64,000 nt of DNA from an uncultured virus (IMG/VR IMGVR_UViG_3300011906_000002). Taxonomy: Duplodnaviria > Heunggongvirae > Uroviricota > Caudoviricetes. The number at the start of each line of letters is the position of its first letter. Position 1 is the first letter of the stretch. The position numbers and the translations under genes were made by a program. The notes below the pieces were generated by a model. It worked only from the letters and a program-made list of their open reading frames with translations, was not told where the DNA came from and made no database searches. Location of the stretch: the IMG/VR virus record IMGVR_UViG_3300011906_000002, positions 62,001-126,000 of that record. One strand, 5' to 3'. Of the stretch, positions 30,857-39,783 are shown one piece after another.

Positions 30857-32301
30857 TGATTCGTGAAAATACATTGACTAGCGTTGCAACGCTGGCCGAC
30901 AAATTGGCTAATGCCAACGTCACTCTGGCCCCTGTTGAAAGCTCACCGCTTTCGGCGTTGATTGGTGCCGGTACGATCCCCATGCCGGATCGGGGTGGTT
31001 TCGAAATCCCCTTCGAGCGTCGTTTGCTGGAAGGTTCTTTGTACAAGAACCCCCAAGGCATTTGCGAACACGACCTGGTGATGGACGAAGTGGTAGAGGT
31101 CGTTGAAAAGACGGTGAACCTCAACCTCGACTTGACGCAAAACAAAGTCAACCCGATGGTCAAGCGTGTACTGGAAGCGACTCAAGAGTTCGTCTCCAAC
31201 AAGCAAGCCCTCGACCCGACTGCGATCAGCATCCTGCCAACCATGTATCACAGCGTGTGGGGTAGCCATTACCTGACAGGCATGATCGAACGTTTCACTG
31301 AGACGGCCGTTAAAGACGTAAGTCTGGCCCTCAAGGTACCGATGCCGACCGTTGAGAACGAGTTCGAACTGATCAGCACCGGTCTGTCGCGTTTCGATGC
31401 TGAACTGGCGGACATGGCGCAAACCCTGGAGCCGGGTACGATCACTGATTTGTATCGTCGTCTGTTCGTCGTGGAAAACGAGGAATACACCCCGACGCTG
31501 CTGCCGTACCTGAACTACCTCAAGGTGAGCCCGAACCAGCCGTTGCTGGTGTTCCTCATTGCGAACAAGCTGTTGGACATGCTGCCAGAAGGCGTTAAGT
31601 CTTCTCCGCAGGGTTACAAGGAATACATCAGTAGCATTCTGGCTCAGGCTGGTCGTGCGCTGTGTCGTCAGATCGAGCGCCGTGAATCGGCAGCTAAGAA
31701 CCGTACCCTCGTAAGTAGCTGGCCGAGCGCTCAAGTCAGTGACCTGGGTGTACGTCCTGTTACCATCGAAGTTAACGGTGACGTCTACAGCAAGTGGTTG
31801 GCTGAAGGCGGTAGCCCAGACGTACTCTTCGGTGCGTTCTGTGTAGACCGGCAGGCGAACTACAACCTGCTACTCGAACGTAAGGATCAGTACATCGCCT
31901 CCTGGGGTCGTCAACAGCGCATGCTGCAAAGCGAGCGTCGTCTGCAGATGGACAACCATATGTTGGTCGGTCTGTCTAAAGCGGTCGAGAAAGAAATTCT
32001 CGAAATGGCCGAAGACGAACTGCTGGTGGATCGTAAGAAGTACCTGTCGGTGCTGAACGAGTACATCCGCAACATGCCAAACGGTTGGCAGAAAGAAAAT
32101 CTGTACTACTCGGTGCGTAAGATTGTCTGTGGGGTGATCTATCCGCACACCATGGCTTTCGACATCCTCGTGGCAATCGACAGTGCTTGTGAAGCGCACC
32201 CGGATCTTCCGGTACGTGAAGCAGCCTTCTTCGGTGCCATGGAAGTGGTGGCGGATTGGTTGGTACAACTGATCAAGGTCGACGCGCAAGCCTCGGCGTA
32301 A
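30856..32301 (+). CDS. Head protein (phiKZ gp177 / SPN3US gp243-like)
   Basis: 481 aa with strong codon bias. Lies between the RNAP beta gene and the protease block. Confidence 0.6.
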   Translation: MIRENTLTSVATLADKLANANVTLAPVESSPLSALIGAGTIPMPDRGGFEIPFERRLLEGSLYKNPQGICEHDLVMDEVVEVVEKTVNLNLDLTQNKVNPMVKRVLEATQEFVSNKQALDPTAISILPTMYHSVWGSHYLTGMIERFTETAVKDVSLALKVPMPTVENEFELISTGLSRFDAELADMAQTLEPGTITDLYRRLFVVENEEYTPTLLPYLNYLKVSPNQPLLVFLIANKLLDMLPEGVKSSPQGYKEYISSILAQAGRALCRQIERRESAAKNRTLVSSWPSAQVSDLGVRPVTIEVNGDVYSKWLAEGGSPDVLFGAFCVDRQANYNLLLERKDQYIASWGRQQRMLQSERRLQMDNHMLVGLSKAVEKEILEMAEDELLVDRKKYLSVLNEYIRNMPNGWQKENLYYSVRKIVCGVIYPHTMAFDILVAIDSACEAHPDLPVREAAFFGAMEVVADWLVQLIKVDAQASA

Positions 32302-32313
32302 CAAGAGAACGTT

Positions 32314-33039
32314 ATGGACCCTAAAAAGCTGACACGTGATGCTTCGAAGGTTCATGCGGCATTAAAGGAACTCGATGACGGGTCGGTGGTCACAACCAAA
32401 GGTTGCAAGATCATCATACCGGCCCGCTTCGCCGAGCAACAACTGGCTGTGTTAGGCAATGAGATCAACATCTGTGGTCTCTTTGCTATCGTCGTAGAAG
32501 ACCGCTTTTATGGGGTCTCCTCGGCCATGGCCATGATGCGCATTGAACCGAGCGTTACCAACACCATCAAGATTGAGGACGAGGACTTCCTGGAGTTTGT
32601 GTTTGATCCGGGCTGTACTGTGATCTCAAGTACTGAACTGGTGAAGTCTGACGCATTCATTTACCTGGTGTATTCTGAGATCATTGCAAAGGGCAACGTC
32701 CCTTGGTACATGAACTACGAGGACATGGGTCGGCTGTTTGAAAGCGCTCCGCATCATGCGGGGGTGTCAGTCGGTGCTAACTTCGCAGTGATTGAAATGA
32801 TCATGGCGGCAATCAGCCGTTCTGAGAAAGACCGGACCAAATACTTCCGTCACCAACTGGCTACTAAGCAAGACCTGGACAAAGAAGTACCGGCCTTTAT
32901 ACCGCTGCGCAGTGTCACCTACGGGGCGAGTAACACCACAGCAAAACTCATCGGTGCATACTGGGAAGAAGGCCTCACCTCAGCGTTGGTGAATCCGACT
33001 GAAACAGTGGAGCCGATCGAAGGGCTTTTACGACGGTAA
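32314..33039 (+). CDS. Probable virion RNAP beta-prime C-terminal subunit (phiKZ gp176 / SPN3US gp244-like)
   Basis: 241 aa. C-terminal IPLRSVTYGASNTTAKLIGAYWEEGLTSAL resembles the beta-prime C-terminal conserved block. Synteny. Confidence 0.6.
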   Translation: MDPKKLTRDASKVHAALKELDDGSVVTTKGCKIIIPARFAEQQLAVLGNEINICGLFAIVVEDRFYGVSSAMAMMRIEPSVTNTIKIEDEDFLEFVFDPGCTVISSTELVKSDAFIYLVYSEIIAKGNVPWYMNYEDMGRLFESAPHHAGVSVGANFAVIEMIMAAISRSEKDRTKYFRHQLATKQDLDKEVPAFIPLRSVTYGASNTTAKLIGAYWEEGLTSALVNPTETVEPIEGLLRR

Positions 33040-33049
33040 GGGGTGGGTT

Positions 33050-33808
33050 ATGGAACGTGTAGTCTATGGCTGTACGGCCCTGGTTGGCACCAACAAGACC
33101 GGGAAGCTTTCGCCTGACAGCGATGGCTACTACGAACTGGTGCTCGGTGGGCTGGACTGCTACAACAGTGGTGGAGCGTTCTATCCGCTTTCCACTGCGC
33201 GGGGATTGTTTGAAGCATCCTCAACTTTGATGCGCCGAATCGAAAGTGGGGCGTGTCGCGGAGAATACGGTCATCCGAAGAAAGACCCCAGCCAAAACAT
33301 GTCCAGCTTTTTGCAGCGGGTCTCAACGATCTACGAAGACAACGTTTGTTGCCACTTCAAAGACGTGCGGATCGAGCAGAACGCAGTCAAGGACAAAGAC
33401 GGTAACCGTGTGGTTGCCATCGTGGGGCGGGTTAAACCTTCGGGTCCTAAAGGCGAGTTCCTCCGTGCCTCGTTAGAGAGCAAAGATGAGAACGTGTGCT
33501 TCTCGGTACGCAGTCTGACTGACGATCGTGTCGAAGGTGGTCGCCTGGTGAAGAACATCCGTTCTATCATCACTTGGGATTACGTGAACGAGCCAGGTAT
33601 CGCCGTGGCCAAGAAGTGGCATGCGCCGTCTCTTGAATCCATCGACGATGCAGTCTTCAGCCGCCAGATGGTTGAGAACCTCGAAGCCAGTGCCGGTGGG
33701 ATTGGGATGGAGTCGGTAAACGAGATCTGCAAAACGATCTTCGTTGACTTTGGTTGGAAGAAGAAGGTCGGTTCCGATCTGGTCTTGCCGCCAAGCGCCC
33801 GTTGGTAA
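33050..33808 (+). CDS. Prohead maturation protease (phiKZ gp175-like, T4 gp21 family)
   Basis: GEYGHP (His), CFSVRS (Ser), TWDYVNEPG (Asp). C-terminal SLE/GME sites could be autocleavage sites. Confidence 0.88.
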   Translation: MERVVYGCTALVGTNKTGKLSPDSDGYYELVLGGLDCYNSGGAFYPLSTARGLFEASSTLMRRIESGACRGEYGHPKKDPSQNMSSFLQRVSTIYEDNVCCHFKDVRIEQNAVKDKDGNRVVAIVGRVKPSGPKGEFLRASLESKDENVCFSVRSLTDDRVEGGRLVKNIRSIITWDYVNEPGIAVAKKWHAPSLESIDDAVFSRQMVENLEASAGGIGMESVNEICKTIFVDFGWKKKVGSDLVLPPSARW

Positions 33809-33813
33809 ACATG

Positions 33814-33851
33814 CAAAGCTGCTGGTTCGCCGGCAGCTTTGTTTATGCCCG
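33814..33851 (+). terminator. Hairpin + TATGCC element
   Basis: CAAAGCTGCTGG-TTCG-CCGGCAGCTTTG-TTTATGCCCG. Confidence 0.7.
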
Positions 33852-33895
33852 GCAAAGATACTATGACCCCTGCTTTCGCCTACCGGTAACCAAAC

Positions 33896-34612
33896 ATGAA
33901 CGCTAAAGAACAGATGGAGAAGTACCTCTCCAATTTTAACAACGGAGTAAAAGAGAACGTAACGATCGTAACTGCCGAAGAGCTAGGGCAGCGTTGGTTG
34001 TATCACATCTCGACCAATGGCAAGATCAAACAGTTCGTTCCTTCCTTGACACAGCGCAGTGCCCAAAAGGAAGATCGCTCGGTACCGCGTATCTCCACCG
34101 CCCCTACGATCATCGGGTGCCTCTTGGGTTACCAGGCTGACATCATGGAGTTCTTGGATAACGAGCTTGGCGACTCTTGGAAGGGGGGTTGGTATATCTA
34201 CGGGTTCGAGAACGAGTGTAGTCTACTGCCGAAGAAGAAATTGCTGACTGACATTGCGATCAGTGATGAGCGTTGGTTGGTTCCGTACACGGCACAGAAG
34301 TGGAGCTACCCGGCTAAGGTAATCGGTAAGTTGTTCTACCGTACCGTGAGTACCCAGAACGTACTTAAGGGCAAGAGCATCTGGGAATGTGAAGTGCTCT
34401 TCGAAGTCAATCGTGGGTGTGAGGTTCGGGCATTCAAAGGCTTGACCTTGACTGAAGGTTACTGGATCATGACCTTTACTCGCTCGATGAAAGAATGGAA
34501 CACTGAAGATGCACAACAGGTGCGTCAGTTAACGTCTTCTGAATACAAGGGTATCAAGGTCGTACATGCCGACATGCTCTCGTATCAAGAACCCCCTAGC
34601 GCCACTTGGTAA
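33896..34612 (+). CDS. Conserved phiKZ-like virion protein following the protease
   Basis: 238 aa. LYHIS...FVP...EDRSVPRISTAPTIIGCL motif; ends in PPSATW. Confidence 0.55.
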   Translation: MNAKEQMEKYLSNFNNGVKENVTIVTAEELGQRWLYHISTNGKIKQFVPSLTQRSAQKEDRSVPRISTAPTIIGCLLGYQADIMEFLDNELGDSWKGGWYIYGFENECSLLPKKKLLTDIAISDERWLVPYTAQKWSYPAKVIGKLFYRTVSTQNVLKGKSIWECEVLFEVNRGCEVRAFKGLTLTEGYWIMTFTRSMKEWNTEDAQQVRQLTSSEYKGIKVVHADMLSYQEPPSATW

Positions 34613-34616
34613 GTAC

Positions 34617-34644
34617 GCACCCGCCTCCGGGCGGGTGTATGCCG
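34617..34644 (+). terminator. Hairpin + TATGCCG element
   Basis: GCACCCGCC-TCCG-GGCGGGTG-TATGCCG, with no U-tract. Confidence 0.65.
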
Positions 34645-34663
34645 ATGGAAAATATATTTAAAC

Positions 34664-34684
34664 CTATATTACCTATTCGAATAG
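34664..34684 (+). promoter_or_regulatory. phiKZ-type early promoter
   Basis: CTATATTAC-N6-GAATAG with AT-rich upstream. TATATTAC is the established phiKZ early consensus. Confidence 0.8.
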
Positions 34685-34729
34685 ATGAAGCTCATCTCTT
34701 ATCAGAATAAACTCTAAGCGAGTCTGCCA

Positions 34730-35497
34730 ATGACCACAGTAGTGTACTTAGGTAATCGGATCATTGCCGACACCCGTGCAACGATTCAACAAGAAGGTTT
34801 TGTTACTTCAACTGGGGAGAGTCAATTGTACAACGACGGGACTGTGAAGTTCCGCACCTTCGATCCTGGCTATATGTGGGATGACAAACGGGACATCCGG
34901 TTGATCGGCGGGGCCGGGACGCTTTTGGGTCTTCGCAAGTTCGTGGAGTTTATGAAACAGCTACGGTGCCCTATGGAACAGTTCTTACTGACCTTGGGTG
35001 ATCGAGAAACCGGTCTCTTGGCCCGGATCGTAGGACTGGAAAGGCACTCAAGTTACATCCTGTGCCTGAATACTGGGGAGTCAATCAAACTGACAGTCGG
35101 TCAGAAATCCCACACCTACAAAGGTCCTGACAACAAAGTCAAGGCTATTGGTAGTGGGGCGTTCTACTTTGATGCGCTACAGGACGTCTTCCAGATGGAC
35201 CCTGAGCTGGTCTTCCGGCTAGCTATCAACACCGACAAACATTCCAGTAAGGACGTCTTCATTGAAGGGGTCTACGATGCTGAGAAACAAAACTGGACGA
35301 TGGACCCTGAGCCGTACAAGTACTCAAACCCAGTAGATCCTGAGGCGTTGATCAACTCGTTCAATCCCAACATTAAAGCGATCTTTAAAGGAGTGCTGGA
35401 CGTGTTGGTTACAGCACCCAGTGAGACGCCTTCGGATGATCCGGAGGTTGAAGAGAACGTCCCTGTGAAGATTCCACCTACCAAGAAAGGTAAGTAG
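34730..35497 (+). CDS. HslV/proteasome-beta-like Ntn hydrolase (putative Thr protease)
   Basis: M-T-T start, IIADTR, IGGAG and AIGSGA motifs. Confidence 0.7.
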   Translation: MTTVVYLGNRIIADTRATIQQEGFVTSTGESQLYNDGTVKFRTFDPGYMWDDKRDIRLIGGAGTLLGLRKFVEFMKQLRCPMEQFLLTLGDRETGLLARIVGLERHSSYILCLNTGESIKLTVGQKSHTYKGPDNKVKAIGSGAFYFDALQDVFQMDPELVFRLAINTDKHSSKDVFIEGVYDAEKQNWTMDPEPYKYSNPVDPEALINSFNPNIKAIFKGVLDVLVTAPSETPSDDPEVEENVPVKIPPTKKGK

Positions 35498-35498
35498 T

Positions 35499-35786
35499 GT
35501 GGAGCCGCTTAAGGTATCGTTGGCTGACTTGAAGGTGGGTGACTACCTTCCGTTACTTAAAGCTAGCGTCATTCAAAAACAAACCATTCGCTGGGGACGT
35601 GGTCGTGGGGTGATCCGCACGATAAACTATGCCCTCAGTGATGGCAGGTTCTTGTTGTCCCATAACGCAGCCCTACTGTACCGGGACGCACAAGGTAAGT
35701 TGAGGAACGTTCTACAACGCCCTCGCATCATCGGACTTGTGGAGGTGATACGCCTACCAATGGAATCTGATTCAAAAGAAACATAG
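35499..35786 (+). CDS. Hypothetical protein
   Basis: 95-aa ORF with GTG start right after the previous stop. Confidence 0.45.
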   Translation: MEPLKVSLADLKVGDYLPLLKASVIQKQTIRWGRGRGVIRTINYALSDGRFLLSHNAALLYRDAQGKLRNVLQRPRIIGLVEVIRLPMESDSKET

Positions 35787-35788
35787 GC

Positions 35789-35809
35789 CTATATTACCTA
35801 TGTGAAGAT
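35789..35809 (+). promoter_or_regulatory. phiKZ-type early promoter
   Basis: CTATATTAC-N6-GAAGAT. Confidence 0.7.
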
Positions 35810-35916
35810 TCAGCGCTGAACCTTCTTCAATGGTTGTTAGTCGATAAAAGATTATCGTCACAGCCAAGGGTATGAAAGAACCCGTCCCCATAAACGCAAG
35901 CAAAAAGGAAATACCC

Positions 35917-36396
35917 ATGAGCGACGTTAAGCAAGCTGTACAAGATCTGGCCGCCAAGATCAAGCCGATGTTCACCCTCGCGGACAACGGTGTGGTTCTG
36001 CCTGCAGCCGATCTGTACGAGAAGTCCCTGCCCGAAGGGATCACTACTGATCAGATCAAAGCCATCCAACAGCACAACACTGCGCTCGTTGCGGCGACTG
36101 GCCTGGCGGTAGGCGAGCTGGCTATCGATGCGTTCAAGGCCGACAAGGACTTGACTCGCGTCAGCACCGAGTTCGCCGCAGTAGGTGACAAGATCTCTAC
36201 TGCAGTGATTCGCAGCCGTGAATACCCGGCCGGCGGCATCCCGAAGGAAGGCGAAGTTCGTGACCCGAACGCGAAGATCGTCAAGTACGGCGTGATCGAA
36301 GCCGCTTACGAAGTTGCCAGCAATGGTAACAAAGGTGAGCTGAAGAAGGTCCGTACGCACATCGGCGCTCTGGCACTGGCCGCTCTGGGTCAGTAA
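35917..36396 (+). CDS. Hypothetical protein, probably highly expressed
   Basis: ATG 35917 with AAGGA SD, strong codon bias, and its own promoter and terminator. Confidence 0.7.
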   Translation: MSDVKQAVQDLAAKIKPMFTLADNGVVLPAADLYEKSLPEGITTDQIKAIQQHNTALVAATGLAVGELAIDAFKADKDLTRVSTEFAAVGDKISTAVIRSREYPAGGIPKEGEVRDPNAKIVKYGVIEAAYEVASNGNKGELKKVRTHIGALALAALGQ

Positions 36397-36404
36397 CCCA
36401 AGGT

Positions 36405-36444
36405 AGATCCAACGGGGGTTAACCTCCCCGTTGGGTTTTATGCC
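36405..36444 (+). terminator. Hairpin + TATGCC element
   Basis: CCAACGGGG...CCCCGTTGG-GTTTTATGCC. Confidence 0.7.
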
Positions 36445-36470
36445 ACATCACCACCACCTTCTTTTTTTGG

Positions 36471-36995
36471 ATGTACTCGATGATCGAACTCTACACCATC
36501 CAGCTAGCTCGGTGGCGCTTGGCTAAAGCCCACGACATCCAACTGATTGACACCACGGCTAAGTCTGGAGAGAAGGCAGGCTATGGTTTCCTTGCTCCGA
36601 GTTGGGACATCGTCATGGGGATCAAGCAAGGGGAGATCACTGAGGAGGAGTACACCCACGTCTACCTAAGGATGTTGGCTCAGAGTCGTCAACGCTATCC
36701 TGAGAAGTGGGCGACGTTACTAAGCCTGACTAAGGTGGCCTTTGCTTGTTATTGTAGCAGCAACAAGTTCTGTCACCGACACTTGCTCTATGAAGACTTC
36801 CAATCGTATGTCAAAGCTTGTGGTGTCGAATTCCGTCTGGGTGGTGAAATCACCATGGGGCCAGGGGAACGGCAACACGTTACGAAAGGAAGGGCTGTCA
36901 CCCATGAAGCAAACCAGGAACAATTTCACCAACGTGATTCAACCCCTGTTGGTGGGGACACGGAAGCTGCGCAACACACTGAGCCTCCCGAATAA
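36471..36995 (+). CDS. DUF488-like protein
   Basis: LAPSWD...Y...M...FACYC....CHRHLL pattern typical of the DUF488 family. Confidence 0.6.
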   Translation: MYSMIELYTIQLARWRLAKAHDIQLIDTTAKSGEKAGYGFLAPSWDIVMGIKQGEITEEEYTHVYLRMLAQSRQRYPEKWATLLSLTKVAFACYCSSNKFCHRHLLYEDFQSYVKACGVEFRLGGEITMGPGERQHVTKGRAVTHEANQEQFHQRDSTPVGGDTEAAQHTEPPE

Positions 36996-37395
36996 CTACC
37001 CACGGGCGCAATACCTCAGTGAGTACTGTACGGTTGGGTTTATTGCAGGAAAGCAACAAGGTAAGACCAGTTGGGTATTCGAACAACTTCAGGACAACCC
37101 TGATGCGATTGCCTTTGTGTCCTACCCGTTACAAAAGGGTGAGGGTGATCTTAGCTACGATCAGTTGATTGCAGGACTGCCGTCTTCTGTCAGCGACCGT
37201 ATCTACACCTTGACCGAACTCAAAGAGGCCATTGCGTCAGCACGAACGCCCTTTGGCAAGGATGAATTGCGGGAACACTTTACGCAGGTGTATGTGGATG
37301 ATGCTGCGTATGTCTTCGAGAAAGTCCGTCGGTCTTCGTTTTACGTGTGGCTTGCAGGCCGCGCTCAAGAACTGGAGATTGTATTGGTTAATTGA
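36904..37395 (+). CDS. Small P-loop NTPase-like protein
   Basis: AGKQQGKTS (Walker A-like) and VYVDDA (Walker B-like). ATG 36904 has GGAAGG upstream. Confidence 0.45.
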   Translation: MKQTRNNFTNVIQPLLVGTRKLRNTLSLPNNYPRAQYLSEYCTVGFIAGKQQGKTSWVFEQLQDNPDAIAFVSYPLQKGEGDLSYDQLIAGLPSSVSDRIYTLTELKEAIASARTPFGKDELREHFTQVYVDDAAYVFEKVRRSSFYVWLAGRAQELEIVLVN

Positions 37396-37426
37396 GTTCA
37401 TGTGTAAATCTGCTAGGAGTTGAGCC

Positions 37427-37852
37427 ATGCGTAATGACCAAGGCATCAGTATCATCCTGTCTGACAGCGACGATGAAGTAAAGCACCTAATCAAACAGCT
37501 GGGTGTTACCGACGCATTTCCACTGACCATGTTATCGAAAGTCTGTGTCACACACCCTGACGCGGTCTACTACGAAATCCTTGAGTCTGAAGAACAGCTT
37601 CTGCGCTTGTCCGAAAACTTCAAGATCCGTCGCGGCATCCTCAGCGTTAACGGGAAACGTCAGTACCTGGGGTTCAATGTCGATTGGATGGCAAAGACCC
37701 TGGTGACGCGCGATCTCGAAAAAGCCATTGAAGCGTCTATACCTTCACTCATGACTACCCCGTCTTTGATGCGACCCACCCCGGTACTCGTGGTGAGTAA
37801 TGATGAAGACCGTGAAGATCCCTACGAAGCATTGGGTTACTCACGCCGCTAA
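37427..37852 (+). CDS. Hypothetical protein
   Basis: 141 aa, AGGAG SD. Confidence 0.65.
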   Translation: MRNDQGISIILSDSDDEVKHLIKQLGVTDAFPLTMLSKVCVTHPDAVYYEILESEEQLLRLSENFKIRRGILSVNGKRQYLGFNVDWMAKTLVTRDLEKAIEASIPSLMTTPSLMRPTPVLVVSNDEDREDPYEALGYSRR

Positions 37853-37858
37853 CTGTAA

Positions 37859-37889
37859 GGGGTCGGGGCGACTCGACCTTTTATGCCCG
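37859..37889 (+). terminator. Hairpin + TATGCC element
   Basis: GGTCGGG-GCGA-CTCGACC-TTTTATGCCCG. Confidence 0.65.
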
Positions 37890-37930
37890 ATACTAAAAAA
37901 GCAACACTAACCTTAAACTGGAGCAAGACC

Positions 37931-38461
37931 ATGACCGAGTTTCATGACATCATCACTCAGACCGATGCGGAGAGAGCTGCTGAAATCGATGCAGGTATTC
38001 TGGCGCGCGAACGATTGGAAATCAAACGCTTTAAACGCGCTAGGACACTGACGCGCATCTTGACGTGTTTCCTAATTACGCTGGTGGGTGGATTCTCAGC
38101 TGCAGGTTATACTGCTTACGTTGAATTGAATAAGCCTGGGGTGCGTTACACCGACTACCGGGAATGTAAGTACGAAGATCCCGACCAGAAGCTTGAGTTA
38201 ACAGGCAAACGTGAGTACTCGTATTTGCAGAAAGAGTTCTTTGGTTTGCAGTATCGCCAAGGCAATCAGGTTACCGAACAGACAGTGATGAACGTGCGTG
38301 GTAACTCGATGTCTATTGTGGGCTTGAGTAAAGAGGCTTGGAAGTCCATCTACGTAGGCGAAGGGGAACAGGGGATACAGATCCTGATGCCTGCAGAACT
38401 TTACGTAGTCACCCTGGGTAAAAAGACTGCGGTGTTTAACTACGCCGACTTCTGTAAGTAA
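37931..38461 (+). CDS. Single-pass membrane protein
   Basis: ATG 37931 with GGAG SD. TM segment ILTCFLITLVGGFSAAGYTAYV follows a basic patch. Confidence 0.6.
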   Translation: MTEFHDIITQTDAERAAEIDAGILARERLEIKRFKRARTLTRILTCFLITLVGGFSAAGYTAYVELNKPGVRYTDYRECKYEDPDQKLELTGKREYSYLQKEFFGLQYRQGNQVTEQTVMNVRGNSMSIVGLSKEAWKSIYVGEGEQGIQILMPAELYVVTLGKKTAVFNYADFCK

Positions 38462-38466
38462 TACAA

Positions 38467-38508
38467 GCACTCCCAGGGGCTTCGGCCCTTGGGAGTGCGT
38501 TATGCCCG
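38467..38508 (+). terminator. Hairpin + TATGCC element
   Basis: GCACTCCCAGGGGC-TTCG-GCCCTTGGGAGTGC-GTTATGCCCG. Confidence 0.75.
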
Positions 38509-38518
38509 AAATGCTAAT

Positions 38519-38603
38519 TAAAATTTTTTCAGATCTATATTACTCTTGTGAATAGGATACAAAATCTTGTATCCAATACCCCTGGATTCTTAGGAGAATC
38601 AAC
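38519..38603 (+). promoter_or_regulatory. Early promoter + 5' stem-loop + SD-hairpin leader module
   Basis: TTTCAGATCTATATTAC-N6-GAATAG, then GGATACAA-AATC-TTGTATCC, then GATTCT-TAGG-AGAATC. Homologous to 51476..51561. Confidence 0.85.
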
Positions 38604-38861
38604 ATGAACACTACTCAAGCTCAAGCTGTACTGGAAACTGTTAAGCGCACTGGTCTGAACGACACCATGGCTACAGAACTCCACATGGTTAAAGACGTCC
38701 GTGACTTCAAGGTAGCTGGCGTATTCAACTACCCAGAAGGTCCTGAATTCGTTGTCATCTCCCAAGGTGAGAACGGTCGTTGGACCACCAAAGCTGAACT
38801 GATGTACGAAGGCGACACCGCCAAGAGCATGGCTGATGACCTCGGTCTCTACCTGCTGTAA
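38604..38861 (+). CDS. Early hypothetical protein
   Basis: 85 aa, AGGAG SD, strong codon bias. Confidence 0.7.
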   Translation: MNTTQAQAVLETVKRTGLNDTMATELHMVKDVRDFKVAGVFNYPEGPEFVVISQGENGRWTTKAELMYEGDTAKSMADDLGLYLL

Positions 38862-38926
38862 GCTACACCCTCTACAATACCAAGGGTCTTCGGACCCTAC
38901 CCCATAAGTTCTAAGGAGAACTAACC

Positions 38927-39082
38927 ATGCGTAACTTCATCCTGTATACCCTGATCGCTCTTGCTTGTGTAGGTACTGTCGTTCTGGCTGCTAAGACCAA
39001 TGATCGACTGACTCCGACCCAAGCTTGGGAGCAGAGCAGTAACTTGAAAGCTGAACTGCGTCAGCTTGAAAACAATAAGTAA
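38927..39082 (+). CDS. Small early membrane/secreted protein (51 aa)
   Basis: Below the ORF-track cutoff. MRNFILYTLIALACVGTVVLAAK...QLENNK, with AAGGAG SD. Confidence 0.7.
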   Translation: MRNFILYTLIALACVGTVVLAAKTNDRLTPTQAWEQSSNLKAELRQLENNK

Positions 39083-39114
39083 AACAACCTCACTCAAGTT
39101 TAAGGAATACGACC

Positions 39115-39363
39115 ATGACTTTCAACATCATCCGCGCTATCTCCATCGCAGCTGTTATCGGCACCATGATCTCTCTGTTTGCAGCTTACAACGTAACCAA
39201 GGATCTGACTTACAAGTCGCCGCTGAGCAATTGCTCGGGCGGCTTCTGCGACATGACTCAAACCAGCATCGACACCAACGGCTACTTCATCCAGACCACC
39301 GCTAAGGTGTGGGTCGGTGGATCAGTAGCCAGTCGTGACAACGATGGCATCACCCGGTTTTAA
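39115..39363 (+). CDS. Small early membrane protein
   Basis: 82 aa, N-terminal TM, CxxxxC pair, TAAGGA SD. Confidence 0.65.
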   Translation: MTFNIIRAISIAAVIGTMISLFAAYNVTKDLTYKSPLSNCSGGFCDMTQTSIDTNGYFIQTTAKVWVGGSVASRDNDGITRF

Positions 39364-39401
39364 TTCACGCTACACCCCCCCCAGTTCTTAGGAGAACACA
39401 C

Positions 39402-39758
39402 ATGAACAAGCAAATCGCCCTGAACATCGTAAAGAAAATCGTTGCTGACTACAAAGGTAGTGGTCAAGGTAGTATCGTACTGAACAACTTCGCTTTAGAG
39501 GTTAAAGGGGAAGGCAAGTTCAAGGTGGAATCGATCTCCATCAAGTGGGACTTCAAGAATGTCGACTTCTCCAAGGAACAAGGCACCCTCACTACCTCAG
39601 GCAACAGCACCCTCGAACTGTCGATCAAGGGTCTGAGTCTGGATCACCATAAAGGTGCTTGGAGCATCGGTGATATCCAGATTAATTCGGTTGACGAATT
39701 GAACAACCTCAGCCTGGTCCTGCCTTTGGAAGATCTGGCCGCATTCTTTCAGTCCTAA
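39402..39758 (+). CDS. Early hypothetical protein
   Basis: 118 aa, AGGAG SD in a hairpin. Confidence 0.7.
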   Translation: MNKQIALNIVKKIVADYKGSGQGSIVLNNFALEVKGEGKFKVESISIKWDFKNVDFSKEQGTLTTSGNSTLELSIKGLSLDHHKGAWSIGDIQINSVDELNNLSLVLPLEDLAAFFQS

Positions 39759-39783
39759 CCCCAGGAGTTCTTAGGAGAACGCC

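Noticed and set aside
33896..34612. Possible ADP-ribosyltransferase fold (LYHIS...RISTAP)
   Set aside because: The resemblance is limited to two short strands and no catalytic residue could be assigned without a structure search.
37883..37930. ATG within TTTTATGCCCG as a gene start
   Set aside because: That ATG is part of the TATGCC element. ATG 37931 has a GGAG SD.
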